A stretch of 64,000 nt of DNA from Enoplolaimus lenunculus. Lineage: Eukaryota. How positions within the stretch are numbered: the stretch's first letter is position 1; every line of letters begins with the position of its first letter. The notes under the pieces were generated by a model that was given only the letters and a program-made list of their open reading frames with translations, ran no database searches and was not told the DNA's origin. The stretch lies in contig JASANG010000611.1 in assembly GCA_030248215.1 (NCBI GenBank), positions 62,001-126,000 on the forward strand. Direction: 5' to 3'. A program made the position numbers and the translations under genes. This document shows, piece after piece, positions 37,625-49,700 of the stretch.

Positions 37625-37826
37625 GGCCCATGGATAGAACAGGGCCGGAACAGTAGTATAAGCATATTCCTAAGCCTAAGCGTATGGATGAGCCTATTCC
37701 TAAGCCTATTCCTAAGTCTAAGCCTAAACCTAAACCTAAACCTAAGCAAAAAAATAGTCTAAACCTTAAATTGACTCTATTATAGCCCCTCCGGAAAACG
37801 ATCCGGCCCTGTTCTATACATAGGCC
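37625..37826 (-). mobile_element. MITE family C copy
   Basis: Same TIRs; perfect TSD tatgcttt (37617-37624 and 37827-37834); (GCCTAA)n inside. Confidence 0.88.
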
Positions 37827-38297
37827 TATGCTTTTAACCCAATCTATATATTCACTTTAAGAGTTTTAAATTTTTTTACGTCTTTGGATGAATTCGTTTC
37901 GATGTTACCACATTGTTTTATAGCGAGTTAGGATTGCGCTATACATGTCGTACAGCGTCGTTCGACACCGTCCGTCACCCGTCAGGCGCCGCCCGCCACG
38001 TGCAATATCGCACGCGAATTTTTCACGTACGATGCCGTATGCGGTATGCTGACGGAACCATGACGCATCATGACTTGCGGCGCAGTATGGGTCACATACG
38101 GAGTCGTACAAATGACGGACGACGCCGGACAGCATGAAACTAATTAAAAAGCATAGCGCAACCCTAAGTATCATTTGCAAAATTCGTGCGATTCGCGCGT
38201 AAGATCCGCAACCAGCGTTATTTTTTCTTGTGTTCCAATTAATCTGCCAGTACACTGTAAAAAATGGGGAGTCAAATTGACTCTCTCGGAAACAGGC

Positions 38298-38406
38298 TTT
38301 TCCTGACTACACAAACTGAGTCAAATTTGAGTCCGCCAGAGTCAACAGTGAATCGAATTTGACTATGGCGGAGTCAAATTTGACTCAGTTTGTGTAGTCA
38401 GGAAAA
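38298..38406. repeat. Near-perfect 41-bp inverted repeat inside a CACTG-ended element starting near 38250
   Basis: ttttcctgactacacaaactgagtcaaatttgagtccgcca versus tggcggagtcaaatttgactcagtttgtgtagtcaggaaaa: one mismatch. Confidence 0.88.
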
Positions 38407-41400
38407 ACCGGTGTAGTTACATTGCAAAAGCTGGTCAAGTACTTTCAGGTTATAAAAAAGTTTAATCACTTTTACTTTGAAAATGACCCTAACTTATCAC
38501 ACACTTTAGTGTTAACGGCGCATAACTGTGATACCGCTGCGTGCCACTACTTTTTGAGATATGTGCAATTGTGTGATTTGGATTTAATGTAATTTTGTAC
38601 TTCTTAATTCATATAAAACAGTCTCAAATTGGTGACAAGTTTTTATATTTAAAGACAAAAAATCTACTACCTTTTCACGCTTAGCATCACATGACTTTGT
38701 CTAACTGTAAATAATGCTAAAACTCACAAAAAAGGCATAAACAAAACTAAATTTTTTAGATTCATATTGACTCTTTGATTAATGAATTGTATGATTATTC
38801 CGTAAACAATATTCAAAAGAAACTAACCACGGTTGCCATTAGAATAGTGGTCAGAGGTGTGCTACTATTAAGGTCCTGTTGACAAAATTAATGATATATT
38901 GTCATATTATTAAGGTACATATTTTACTTACTGTAATTATTAAAATTTGGTTTTCAGAAAATCCTGGAACGCGCTGTTACATCTCGTTACATATATATTG
39001 ACTTTTTTTGCCGCACAGACTATCACAAACAGCTGCAGATGTTTAAAAAAGTTTTAAATTTCTGCACATTTGTCAACGCATTAAATAAAGGCCACCATGA
39101 CCGATAACTAATCACATAGCCAGTTTAAACGCTGAATTTTCTGGTATGTTTGCAAAAATTGACAATATGTAAATATGGCTATAAGATGTCAACAAAACGC
39201 TACAATAACAACGTTTAGCAACAGTTTTACTTTGTACGTTGACAAGAAATTTTGGCCCTTGTAAACATCAAAGGCAGAAGGTTTTTATACCTACGGGACT
39301 GTGATCCAGAAGCTGAAACTTTCGATATATTTTTGAGGCTAAGGCTTAGGCTTAGGTATAACATCATTGTTACACTTAGGCTTAGGCGAAGGAATAGGCT
39401 TATACTACTGTCACGGACGTGTTCTATAAATTGGCCAAAATGTCTGGGGTGAAGCAACAAAACACACCGTGAACATTATGTTTTCTGATTTTTCGCTCCG
39501 CTCACCTGGTCATGTTGATTTCTATTAAATACAAGTATACGCATTTTTTATCAAACTACTTTAATATACATACCTTCTAGCAACATCGGCAATGAAAACA
39601 GCTTTATTATAATTTTTCAACTGACACGAGCACAAATTTATCAAGTAGACTATACTTGTATGAAGATTGGAGTTTGTACATGTTTTATATAGTAAAAAGT
39701 TGAAATTTAAAGGGCCATAACTATTGAACCAGGGGCTCTGCAGCCATAAAAATGGTACCACTGAACTCAGCGCGTCGAAATCGTTATTAAATTCCAATGA
39801 GGTTCATATTCAGTACCTTCACCAATGTATTTATGTTTCAAAATAAACTATCAAAACATTTGTATATATCTTAAACAATACTCAAGTTTACTAGTTGGTA
39901 TTAGTTTTTTTTAAAACAAATTTACTTCTGTCAACAAATTAGTAATTTGTCCAGTGCGTGACGGATAGTAAAAATTAACGGGAATGGATAGTGATCAAAT
40001 TAAACAGAATTGAAACAAAAATATTCAAAAATAAAAATTGAAAAGCTTGCTAATATTGTTCTAAAAATGCAACTGAAAATGCAAGTAATTTTATCGAACA
40101 CTGTCATAACGGAACCGGACGGCGCTTTTAATAGAAATGCAGTCGGATATAAGGACAGAATATCCTGCAAGCAAACACTCGGTCTAATCAAGAAAGAATA
40201 TTGTTCTATGATACATTTAGGTATATTTGTGACAATATTCAAGGTTTGAAAATGAAAAAACTTTAAAAATGAATTTCAAATATCGACATAAAACTATAGT
40301 CTCACATTAAAGTTGTGAACCCATATATCCATGCAATAAAAACTAGAATCAGCTGCTGAGCAATCAATCCATCATACGCGAAATCTAAAGCCCTATTCAC
40401 ACGTGCAAGTTTCAGCGACATCCCTATATTTTTAAACGGTTGCTGACTAAAACCGCAGACATCCCGATTTCGACGTGCCTGCCTAAATGTGTCTCAGAAA
40501 GCGTCAAAATAGATCGAGTGCGATAATTTTCTTAACTCTAACGTACACCTCAAACAAAAAAATGGAAGCGAGTATTGACAATATTTTACAGATATTTACA
40601 AATAGTAGCAAAATCAACGCTACTTTATTAAATTACCCAATTTCGCTTCATTACCGGTTATGATTCGAACCCAGAACACGCTTTTGGTCCATTATTTTAA
40701 AGCTAATAGGACAGATTTTTGTCAATAGTACTTCATTAGACGTAAGACTAAAACAAAAAATAGCGTCTCAAGTAAAAAACGCATCAAAACAAAGTACCTA
40801 CCGCAGTATTTAAGAGAGAGTAAATCACAATTTAACTAAAAAACCATTTTTAGTCAAAACTAATTATCATTTTCACAAACGAAGCACCGCTGCAGTGTGT
40901 GCTGTGTGCGTGCGTTGCAATAATTTTAGCAAATGCAAACAAACACAGCAATTGCTCGAAAATTGATTCAGAAAATCTTGTAGGCTGCCAAACCAGCAAT
41001 TGGTTTTATTTAATATTTACTAAATTATTTGCAATATTAAAAACTGTTTAGAAGAATTCAATTTTAAATATTTGAAAAAAATTGGAATTTCAACTGAAAA
41101 TAGTTGAATATATTTGAAAAATGCGATACCTTTACCTAAATTGTACAACATAACGTTTCACGTACAGTCGAGTGATTAATAATATCGTGTTTTAATAGTG
41201 CAGTATGCGCGTGGTGCAAACAGTATATATACGCAGTATATAAGTTTTTGAATAATTGCAACACTTTCAGAGTGCAACTCTGCATCCACAAAAGGAGAGT
41301 TACGCATTAAAGAATTTAAAGAATGTTTTGGTTTAGGCAATTTGTTTGAATTAGCAGTAGACGTTTTGACTCCAGAAGTTGACGCAAAAAAATTTCAATT

Positions 41401-41606
41401 AAAATGACTTTCTGCCACGCATATAAACTGAAATATTGCAGTTAATAATGCTTTTGCGATTCATATAAAAATTAACAGCGTGGTCGAATGAAAACTGAAC
41501 TTTTGGAAGGATACACAAAATGGCTCCATGCAATGATCAGGGGTGAAACATTTTTTCTGCAGCACTGCAACGTAAGCTTTAGACTAAATTCTTTACCTTG
41601 GCTAGC

Positions 41607-41815
41607 GGCCCATCTATAGAACAGAGCCAGATCGTTTTCCGGAGGGGCTATAATAGAGTCAGTTTAAGCTTTAGACTAATTTTTTTGCTTAGGTTTAGGC
41701 TTAAGCTTAGGCTTAGGCTTAGGAATAGGCTCATCCATACGCTTAGGCTTAGGCTTAGCCTTAGGCTTAGGAATATGCTTATAGTACTGTTCCGGGTCTG
41801 TTCTATACATGGGCC
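41607..41815 (+). mobile_element. MITE family C copy
   Basis: TIRs ggcccatctatagaacag / ctgttctatacatgggcc; two TTAGGC arrays. Confidence 0.85.
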
Positions 41816-43275
41816 GCTGAAGCTTAGTAATATGCTTTTACGGCATAGTTTTATACATAGGCCCACAAAACTATGAGCGCCATTGGAACCATACAACTTA
41901 AATATTTCTAACCAACGGCTGCAACTGAATCACGAAAGTCCTTAAACCTTAAGTCATCCATACAATCATGAGAATTTTTTCATTTAAACGCAAAATATTA
42001 GCAGAAATTTTGATTTTCAGTATCTCAAATAAGTCATAATTTTACACTTACACGACAGATAAAATTACGTTTGCTCGAAACCTTGTGCACGATTGATTTT
42101 ATATCACATTTTATTTAATTTTTTCAATTTTGTAATTCATATTAGGTTATATTTGATTTTAGAGATTTCTTTTAAATAACAAAAATTGTCAAAGATTTAA
42201 CCCAAAACCGCTAAGAAAGAAAGTCGATTACTAGGTCTAAAATGGGAATTTTTTTAATCTATTGTATAGCCTTACAACATACACTGTTGTAGCAACATTG
42301 CTTTGTCATAATTAACCTTCAGTGGCATATTTGATGGCGGGATTTGGGATGTATATTACTTCTGAAATTTATGGGCAAAAACCATTGTAGATTTCGAATA
42401 AAAACTTTCTCGTTCGCCGTGCTCGAGCGCAGAAAACGTTATACAAAGGTTTATACTAACCTGGAATGACACATTGCCTATACGCCTCTATCGCGTTGCT
42501 CTGAAGTTAAACAACCATCCAAAAGTTTAAGTTTCATTTAAAACGTAAAAACAAACATGCAATATTAAATTTAAGTACAACAACATGGACAGAAAATTTT
42601 TGTTTTTATTTAAAACCCAGAGTAGGTATATATTTGTGAAAACGGAAGAATTTATCCTCAAGGAAGTAAAATGTCATTTACTTACTGCGGAAGAGCAAAA
42701 ATATGATAAGCAAACTTTGTTTCCCCCTTTAATGGAGCGATGCTAATAAATTGTGACTTAAAAACATGGCAATTCAACTCGTATGAATAATTTCAACAGT
42801 TGCGATGCAACAACATGGGTAAAAATTGCCAAATTCAGGTCAAACTTTGTAGTATATACTTTGTATATTATGTGTTAACCAAAGCCGACCGACTCACCGC
42901 CATTGAGTATCTAGAAAATTGATTAGGTTTTCAAATATTGGTGTTGGTGTCAGTTTAAATCAAATCCTAAAACTATTACGTTGTTGAAGTGGATCAAATA
43001 CCAGCAATTCGCCTGACCGCTAGACAAACGGTCAAATGACAACAGGCCTCGCAGACTAACGCCGTCCTCTCACTCACAGCGGCAGTTGCTAGCCAGTTTA
43101 AATTTATTTGTGGCCGAATCATTTTTCGAAACCCGACGGCGCACCTGCCAATCTTTTGTATGCCCGGTGTGTCAAATGAATACCCAAGACTCATACATGT
43201 CAGTCGATCGCAATTTGGTTATTTTTTGGCAGTTGCTTTTACTTCATTGCGCAAATAAGCAATGTTATCTTCACG

Positions 43276-43716
43276 TACGGTATTGACCCGAATAATAGGG
43301 GGAAAATTGATATTTATTTTGTGTTTCCAGAGGATACCCTCCTGTTATTCGGTTACTGACTGTTATTTAGTTTAAGTTTCCTTAAGTTAGTTAGACCCAA
43401 CACACTTCTTTTGATACTCTTTTTTGGGCACAAATGACACTTGATTAGAACCGTTTTTGTTGATTTCCATATCCGTTAATTTTCTTTCCAGATTTAAAAT
43501 TAATTTTATGCGAGTTGTTCGAGCGTCTGTTACAAATCTGAGCACTTGAGCAGTGTAGGCCATTGTTGTGCTTTGGCCTCTGTCATGGACTCTAATTAGG
43601 AATATGGACGTTATCAATAACGAACTCAAACTAAGAAATACAGACTTCTACTAATTAGGACCCAAAATGGAAACTCCGCCTCTTATTACCACCCTCTCAT
43701 TCAGGTCCCTATAGTA
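43276..43716 (-). mobile_element. MITE family A, diverged copy
   Basis: tacggtattgacccgaataataggggg ... ccctctcattcaggtccctatagta, with recognisable internal motifs. Confidence 0.65.
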
Positions 43717-43765
43717 AAAAGATACGTCATAAAGCATTTATTCAATATACTTTTCAAGGCACATT

Positions 43766-46700
43766 TTATATCTCAATTGAATCAGATACGTATACGCCTC
43801 GAAATTTATTTGAAGGTAGTTTTCCAGCAGGTGAGACGAGAACGTTGCCGCAACGAGTACCACTCGTGTTATCATGATGTTCACGAGGTAACGAATGAAA
43901 CCGTTCAATGTTGAACCAGTTTGGAGCCGGATCAGCTCGCTTATGAGTTGCAGGCAGCGTATAGAACATATGACCGCTGCTACTATTCCAAGACTGAATG
44001 CTGCTATTTTCGTGACATGGAAATTTTGTTCCAAATTGAAATTTTTGAATCGGATTGCGAGTTTGATTGTCAAAGACTTTAGTACTATGTTGAAGTAAGG
44101 GTAGATGCACGTTGCCTAAATTTCTATGATTACTTGAAGTTTCAGGACTGGCTGCTTCTGGTTCTACACAAACTACAGTATCAATCCAGTTGGTGTAACG
44201 AATTTCTTCGTTGCTAACCATCGTGTCTGATTCTGCTGTTGCGCTCTCGACAGTGTGCAGTTTTTTGGGTAACTCTTGCTGCATGCGACCAAACTGTAGC
44301 TGGCCAGTGTGGTCAACTAACAAATTTGACTCAGAACTTTTACCTGGCCATTCAGGACTTTGACCTGGACGATCAGGACTTTGACTTTTACCTGGCCACT
44401 CAGGACTTTGACCTGGACGATCAGGATTTTGACCTGGACGATCAGGATTTTGACCTGGACGATCAGCACTTTGACCTGGACGATCAGGACTTTGACCTGG
44501 ACGATCAGGACTTTGACCTGGACGATCGGGATTTTGACCTGGACGATGAGGACTTTGACTTTTACCTGGCCACTCAGGACTTTGACCTGGACGATCTGCA
44601 CTTTGACCCGACCAATCTAGCGTTACATACTGTCCTAAAAGTGAGTTTCGCTGGGACACCGCTTGCTCAATAGCGTTTTTGCGGAGTCTGACGATTAATT
44701 GTTCATGTATTTCAGAAGAATTCAAGTTAGATTTGTTATCAACAAATTGATATTCGTGTCTACATTTGCAAGCTTCAGAAGATTTTAGCGAATTACCACT
44801 CACAATTTCATTTCGCCTCGTACCAAATTCATTACAGTTTATAGTTCCAACGTCTTCAAGGCTACTACTGTTCATAACTGAAGGCTGTAAGACTTCAGCT
44901 CCATCGGTATCTATGCGTGTGTATAGTTCTAGTCGAGGTATAAGTCGGGTCAACGTGGATGTGTGGCCAGAGCATTCGTTCGTGACAAATGCTATTAACA
45001 TTAAAATTATTGCTGCAAAACAAGCGAACATATTAAAATACGCAACGTTTGATAATAACGCATAGTTGTAACCATTTTGACCGCCGTCTGGTGCTTTGGT
45101 TACGAGTCTATGGCCAAGGTGGTGATTAAAATACGGTCCACTGTTGTTAAGTAACAAGCCTATAACGATTGGTGACGGTACGTTGCCTAAAACAAAACAC
45201 AAATACAAATTTGCCAGCTTCGTTATCTAATTTTCAATATTTGCTATGACGCTTATTTACAGTTCAGAAATGTGAAGCAAAAACGTAAAACCTGATATAA
45301 CGTAAACTAATAGCCGTAGTTGCACCCATGTGTAACTCTCCTAAAGTGCTGAAGTTTCATAAGTTTTAACAGAGTACATACTATATCAAAGAAGGCATGC
45401 GTTAACACACTTTCAGCTTTTACAATCTGACTCAGGGTTGTTGCCCGGAAAAAATTACCGTAAAATATGTTTTTTTTTCATTTTTCCACCTTTTCCGAGG
45501 GGGGTGAAAAAATGAAAAAATGGGAAAATATTAAACGATTCTTCAATACAATTTGCAACTAAATATGACTTGAAATAACGTTGTTAGTTCACAGTAACTA
45601 ATTTACATGCAACACATTAACAGCGACCGTGAGTATTTTTCCACCAGGACATATATGCCGAAAAAAGCGAAAACTACAGTATAGGAATATACAAAAAATT
45701 GCTTTATTGAAGCTTTGCGAAGATATTAGATGACAAACTGCGTACATATGCATCTCGTTCGGTTCGCTCACCAGCTTTCTCGACAGTGAAACCAAAGTGT
45801 CCGTCCGAAAAGAACCTCAGGAACCGCTGAACTGATTTTGATAAATGTTGTTGGTTGAAATCTGTTATCCTCGGGTGTTAACCTCGCATTGGTGTTTTAA
45901 AATTTCAAGAAGTTGATAAACTATCGGCTTATTTGCATAATTTGTTAAGCCTAAATTAGGACTTTTTAAGATGTTTCACTAATTATTTGGGTTACAAGCA
46001 ATATAATTTCCGCAATGAAAGGTTTTTGGGTACGAGGAATCTGAACAAATTATATACAAACCTTCAAATCCGATAATTTAATAGTTAGCTAATAGCTAAT
46101 TTGCATATTAGCATATTTGATAAACCTAAATTAAGGTTTTTTTGCTGCAATATTTCACTAATTTTTAGGGTTACTGAAGAATCTTTGAGTGCGAGGAATC
46201 TGAATAAATTGTTCACAAACCACCAAAACCGATAAATAAATAGTTAGCTAATAAGTCATTTGCATAATAGCTCAATTGCTTAAATGTGTTCGAGCTTCGC
46301 TCAATACATGAAGCCCCACTACGACTGGTATATACTTACAAAAAACAATTGTGACTTGTTTAGCTCGCTCCACTCATGAGATTCTGATGTTCTGATGACT
46401 TCCACGATTAATCAAATTTTTAAAAAATTCGAATTTTTAAAGTCCCAAAATTCTTCCATTGGACCCAAAATTTTTTGTCGAAAAATTAGACAAATTATAT
46501 ACCATTCGGCACAAGTTGCAGAGCTAAGACGAATATTGTTAAATGTTCCCCAATCAGACTGTTGTATTTCTTAGGAGTAATATTAAAATACCAATGAGAC
46601 TTTAAAGTCAAACTTTATTAAGTAAAGAAAACGAGTTAAAGTTAACGTAAAAGTTAAGCAAAGGTGACGGCTATTAAATGAAACGACCAGTTAAATGCAA

Positions 46701-49700
46701 CAGTGAAATCAGGAATGAAATAACCTAAGCCTATCGCGGCTTAAATAGTGTTTGGTCATGTTTCCGGAAGCTTCTGATGTGTATTAGAAGGTTCCAGCAA
46801 CATGACAAATGTACAGTATATATACATAAACGTATATAGCTAGAATGTTCTAGCGCCTGATGTCATTTGGCATCAGTTATATATTTGTTTATATTGTAAA
46901 CATAATGTTCTGGAATTTCCATAACACCTCTCCACCCAGTCTGAAGTCATGAAGGCGAAAATCTTTTTGTTGGCTTCGATTGGCGTTTGGAACGTCTTGG
47001 ATTATCGGGGCCATACATAGGAGTGACATATCTTTGTTCTTCTTCAGTTGGCAAGGAGGTAAAGGCAGGAGCAGTAGTTGATATATTGTGTGATTCAGGT
47101 TGATTGGGCTGATAAGGAGTTGATCCTGGCTCGGCATCTTCATCAGATGTGTAGCGAGGTTGTAGTTGTTCCAAGTGTCTTCTCCAGGTAGGACCCTTGG
47201 GCTGAACACGAACGTCAAATGTACGCGAACCTTTGCGCTTCGTAATCACGGCAGGGACCCATCGACCTTCTTTGTCTTGACGTGGACCAAAGTAGAGGGC
47301 ATAAACGGCATCACCCACCTTGTACGATCGAACAACCTTGGCGACAGCTTCGGTTTGTTGAGACTTCGTTGCTTCTTTGGCTTGTTTACCTTGTGCTTTG
47401 TGAGCTGGAGAAGGAAGCAGCGTATCAATCTTTGTCCGAATTTGTCGGGAGTTCAGCAATTCGCTTGGAGAATATCCACTTGAGTTCGGAGTTCGTCGGA
47501 ATTGCATCAAAAATTCTTGAAGTGCTTTTCTCGGAGGAAGGCTTGACTTCCGTAGCGCTTGCTTGAATGTTTGGACTAGTCGTTCCGCTGATCCATTTGT
47601 AGCAGGATGATAGGGAGCGCCTGTGAGATGTACAATTCCTCGTTCCCGACACCAGTCTTGGAATTCCTCGGATAGAAACGCTGAAGCGTTATCCGTTACC
47701 AAAGTGTGAGGATATCCAAAATGAGCAAAGTCTTCATCCAGTAAATCAGTAGTTGCTTTGGCAGAAATTGATTGGGTAGCATGAATGCACGGATATTTGG
47801 AGAAGGCATCAGTGACCAGTAACCAGTTTGACCCCATAAAGTTGATAGCATGGTCTAAGTGCAAACGGCTCCAAGGCTTCTCCGGGAGCATCCATGGATG
47901 AATGGCGGGCTTGGCAGGTTTGTTTTGGTGTTCGCCACAGGGCACAAATTCTCGGCAGGTTGCTTCAATGTCTTCATCAATGTTGGGCCAGTAAACTGCT
48001 GTTCGTGCAAGCTGCTTCATGCGCTGCATTCCAAAGTGTCCCAAATGCAATAATTCAAGGATTTGACGCCGCATGCTTGACGGAATAACTACTCTCGAAC
48101 CAAGCACCAAACAACCGTTGCAGATTGATAATGATCCGGCAACTTGTCTGAACCGTTGAATTTCAGAACTTTCATCTGATTTCTTCGGTGGCCATCCTTC
48201 ACGAGTAAAGCGAACCACAGTTGAAACAACAGGATCTTTTGCTGACTCCCGAAGTAGAAAACTTTTGTCCGCAGGCAATACTTTTTCAGAAATAGAATTG
48301 ATTACACATACCATTTCAGCATCTTCTTTACTTTCCTCCCCGTCAAATTGGGCGTCTTTTCCTGACGGCAATCGACTGAGAACATCGGCATTAGCGTGAT
48401 CCGTTGTTTTTCGATACTCAATTGTGTAGTTGAATTGATTCAAAAGAAGTGCCCATCGAGCCAGGCGGTTAGCAGCTAAAAGTGGTACATCTTTTCCTTG
48501 TCCAAAAAGTGCTAGCAGTGGTCGATGGTCGGTGACAAGAATGAACTTCCGGCCGTACAGGTATTGATAAAACTTCTTCAATCCAAAAACGATAGCCAAT
48601 GCTTCCTTTTGTATTTGGCTATAGTTCTTTTGACTGTCCGTGAGAGTCTTTGACACATTGGCAATTGGCCGTTCGCTTCCGTCTGGATATCGGTGAAACA
48701 GAACTGCTCCAATTCCAACACTTGATGCGTCGCAGGATAGACCCAAAGGAAGATTCTTGTCGAAGTGAACGAGGACATTTTCGGATGATAGCAGGTCCTT
48801 CAGCAGCTTGAAAGCTTGCTGCTGTTCGTCGTTCCAAGTCCACGGCGTAGTTTTCTTTGTCAATTTGTAAAGTGGTTCTGCAATTGTGGAAAGATTTGAA
48901 GGGAGAAATTTTGCATAGAATTGTACAGAACCTTGAAAAGCCTTTAAGCTTGACACATCTGTCGGGGCTGGCATGTTGAGAACTGCGTCAATTTTTGGTC
49001 CCTTTGCAATACCTTCATGTGATAGCAAATGACCCAAGTATTCGACGTATGGCTGAGCAAATTGGCATTTTTCAAGCCGGCAACGCAGTCCGCGTTCTTC
49101 AAGGCGTTGTAATAGGCGTCGGAGATTTTTGAGGTGGTCTTCCGCATCTTTACCGCTGACGAGAATATCATCCAGATAGACGGCAACTCCTGGCAAATCC
49201 GATGTAAGCTGATCCATGATCTGTTGGAAATACCGGGAGCGGACTTGATCCCAAATGGTAGACGCTTCTGCAGGAGCACCCCCCTGTGGGTACTGAGGGC
49301 GAGCCTTCTTTCACTTTGTGGGACCAGCTTTACCTGATTGTAGGCGTCCGCCAAATCGATCTTTGTGAAACCACACCCACCTCCCAACTTCCGCATTAGG
49401 TCCTCTGGCAGTGGTAGTGGATGGCGGTGATCCTCCAATTGAGGGTTGACGGTGACGGAATAATCCCCACAAACACGGAGCTTGGCTTTCGTTTGACCCG
49501 GTAGCAATGCTTTCTTGATTGGTACCACAGGTGTTCCATATTCGCAGAATTGTGTTGGTCCCAGACCCCTTTGGCAATGCCTTTATCGTAAGCGTCTTCC
49601 AACTCCGATTCCATGGCAAATGGAACAGGCCTTGCTTTCCGAAAAATTGGTTGGGTATTTCCTTTGAACTTTACTTCTAATTCGAAATCTTTCAGGCATC

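Noticed and set aside
41598..41896. LRLRLR / SLSLSL ORFs here and near 39227, 54339 and 60681
   Set aside because: Translations of TTAGGC arrays inside family C MITEs.
44239..44673. Overlapping ORFs in other frames (QDFDLDD, TLTWTIR, VQVKVLI repeats)
   Set aside because: Shadow frames of the 21-bp coding repeat; only the GQSPDRP frame connects to the spliced gene.
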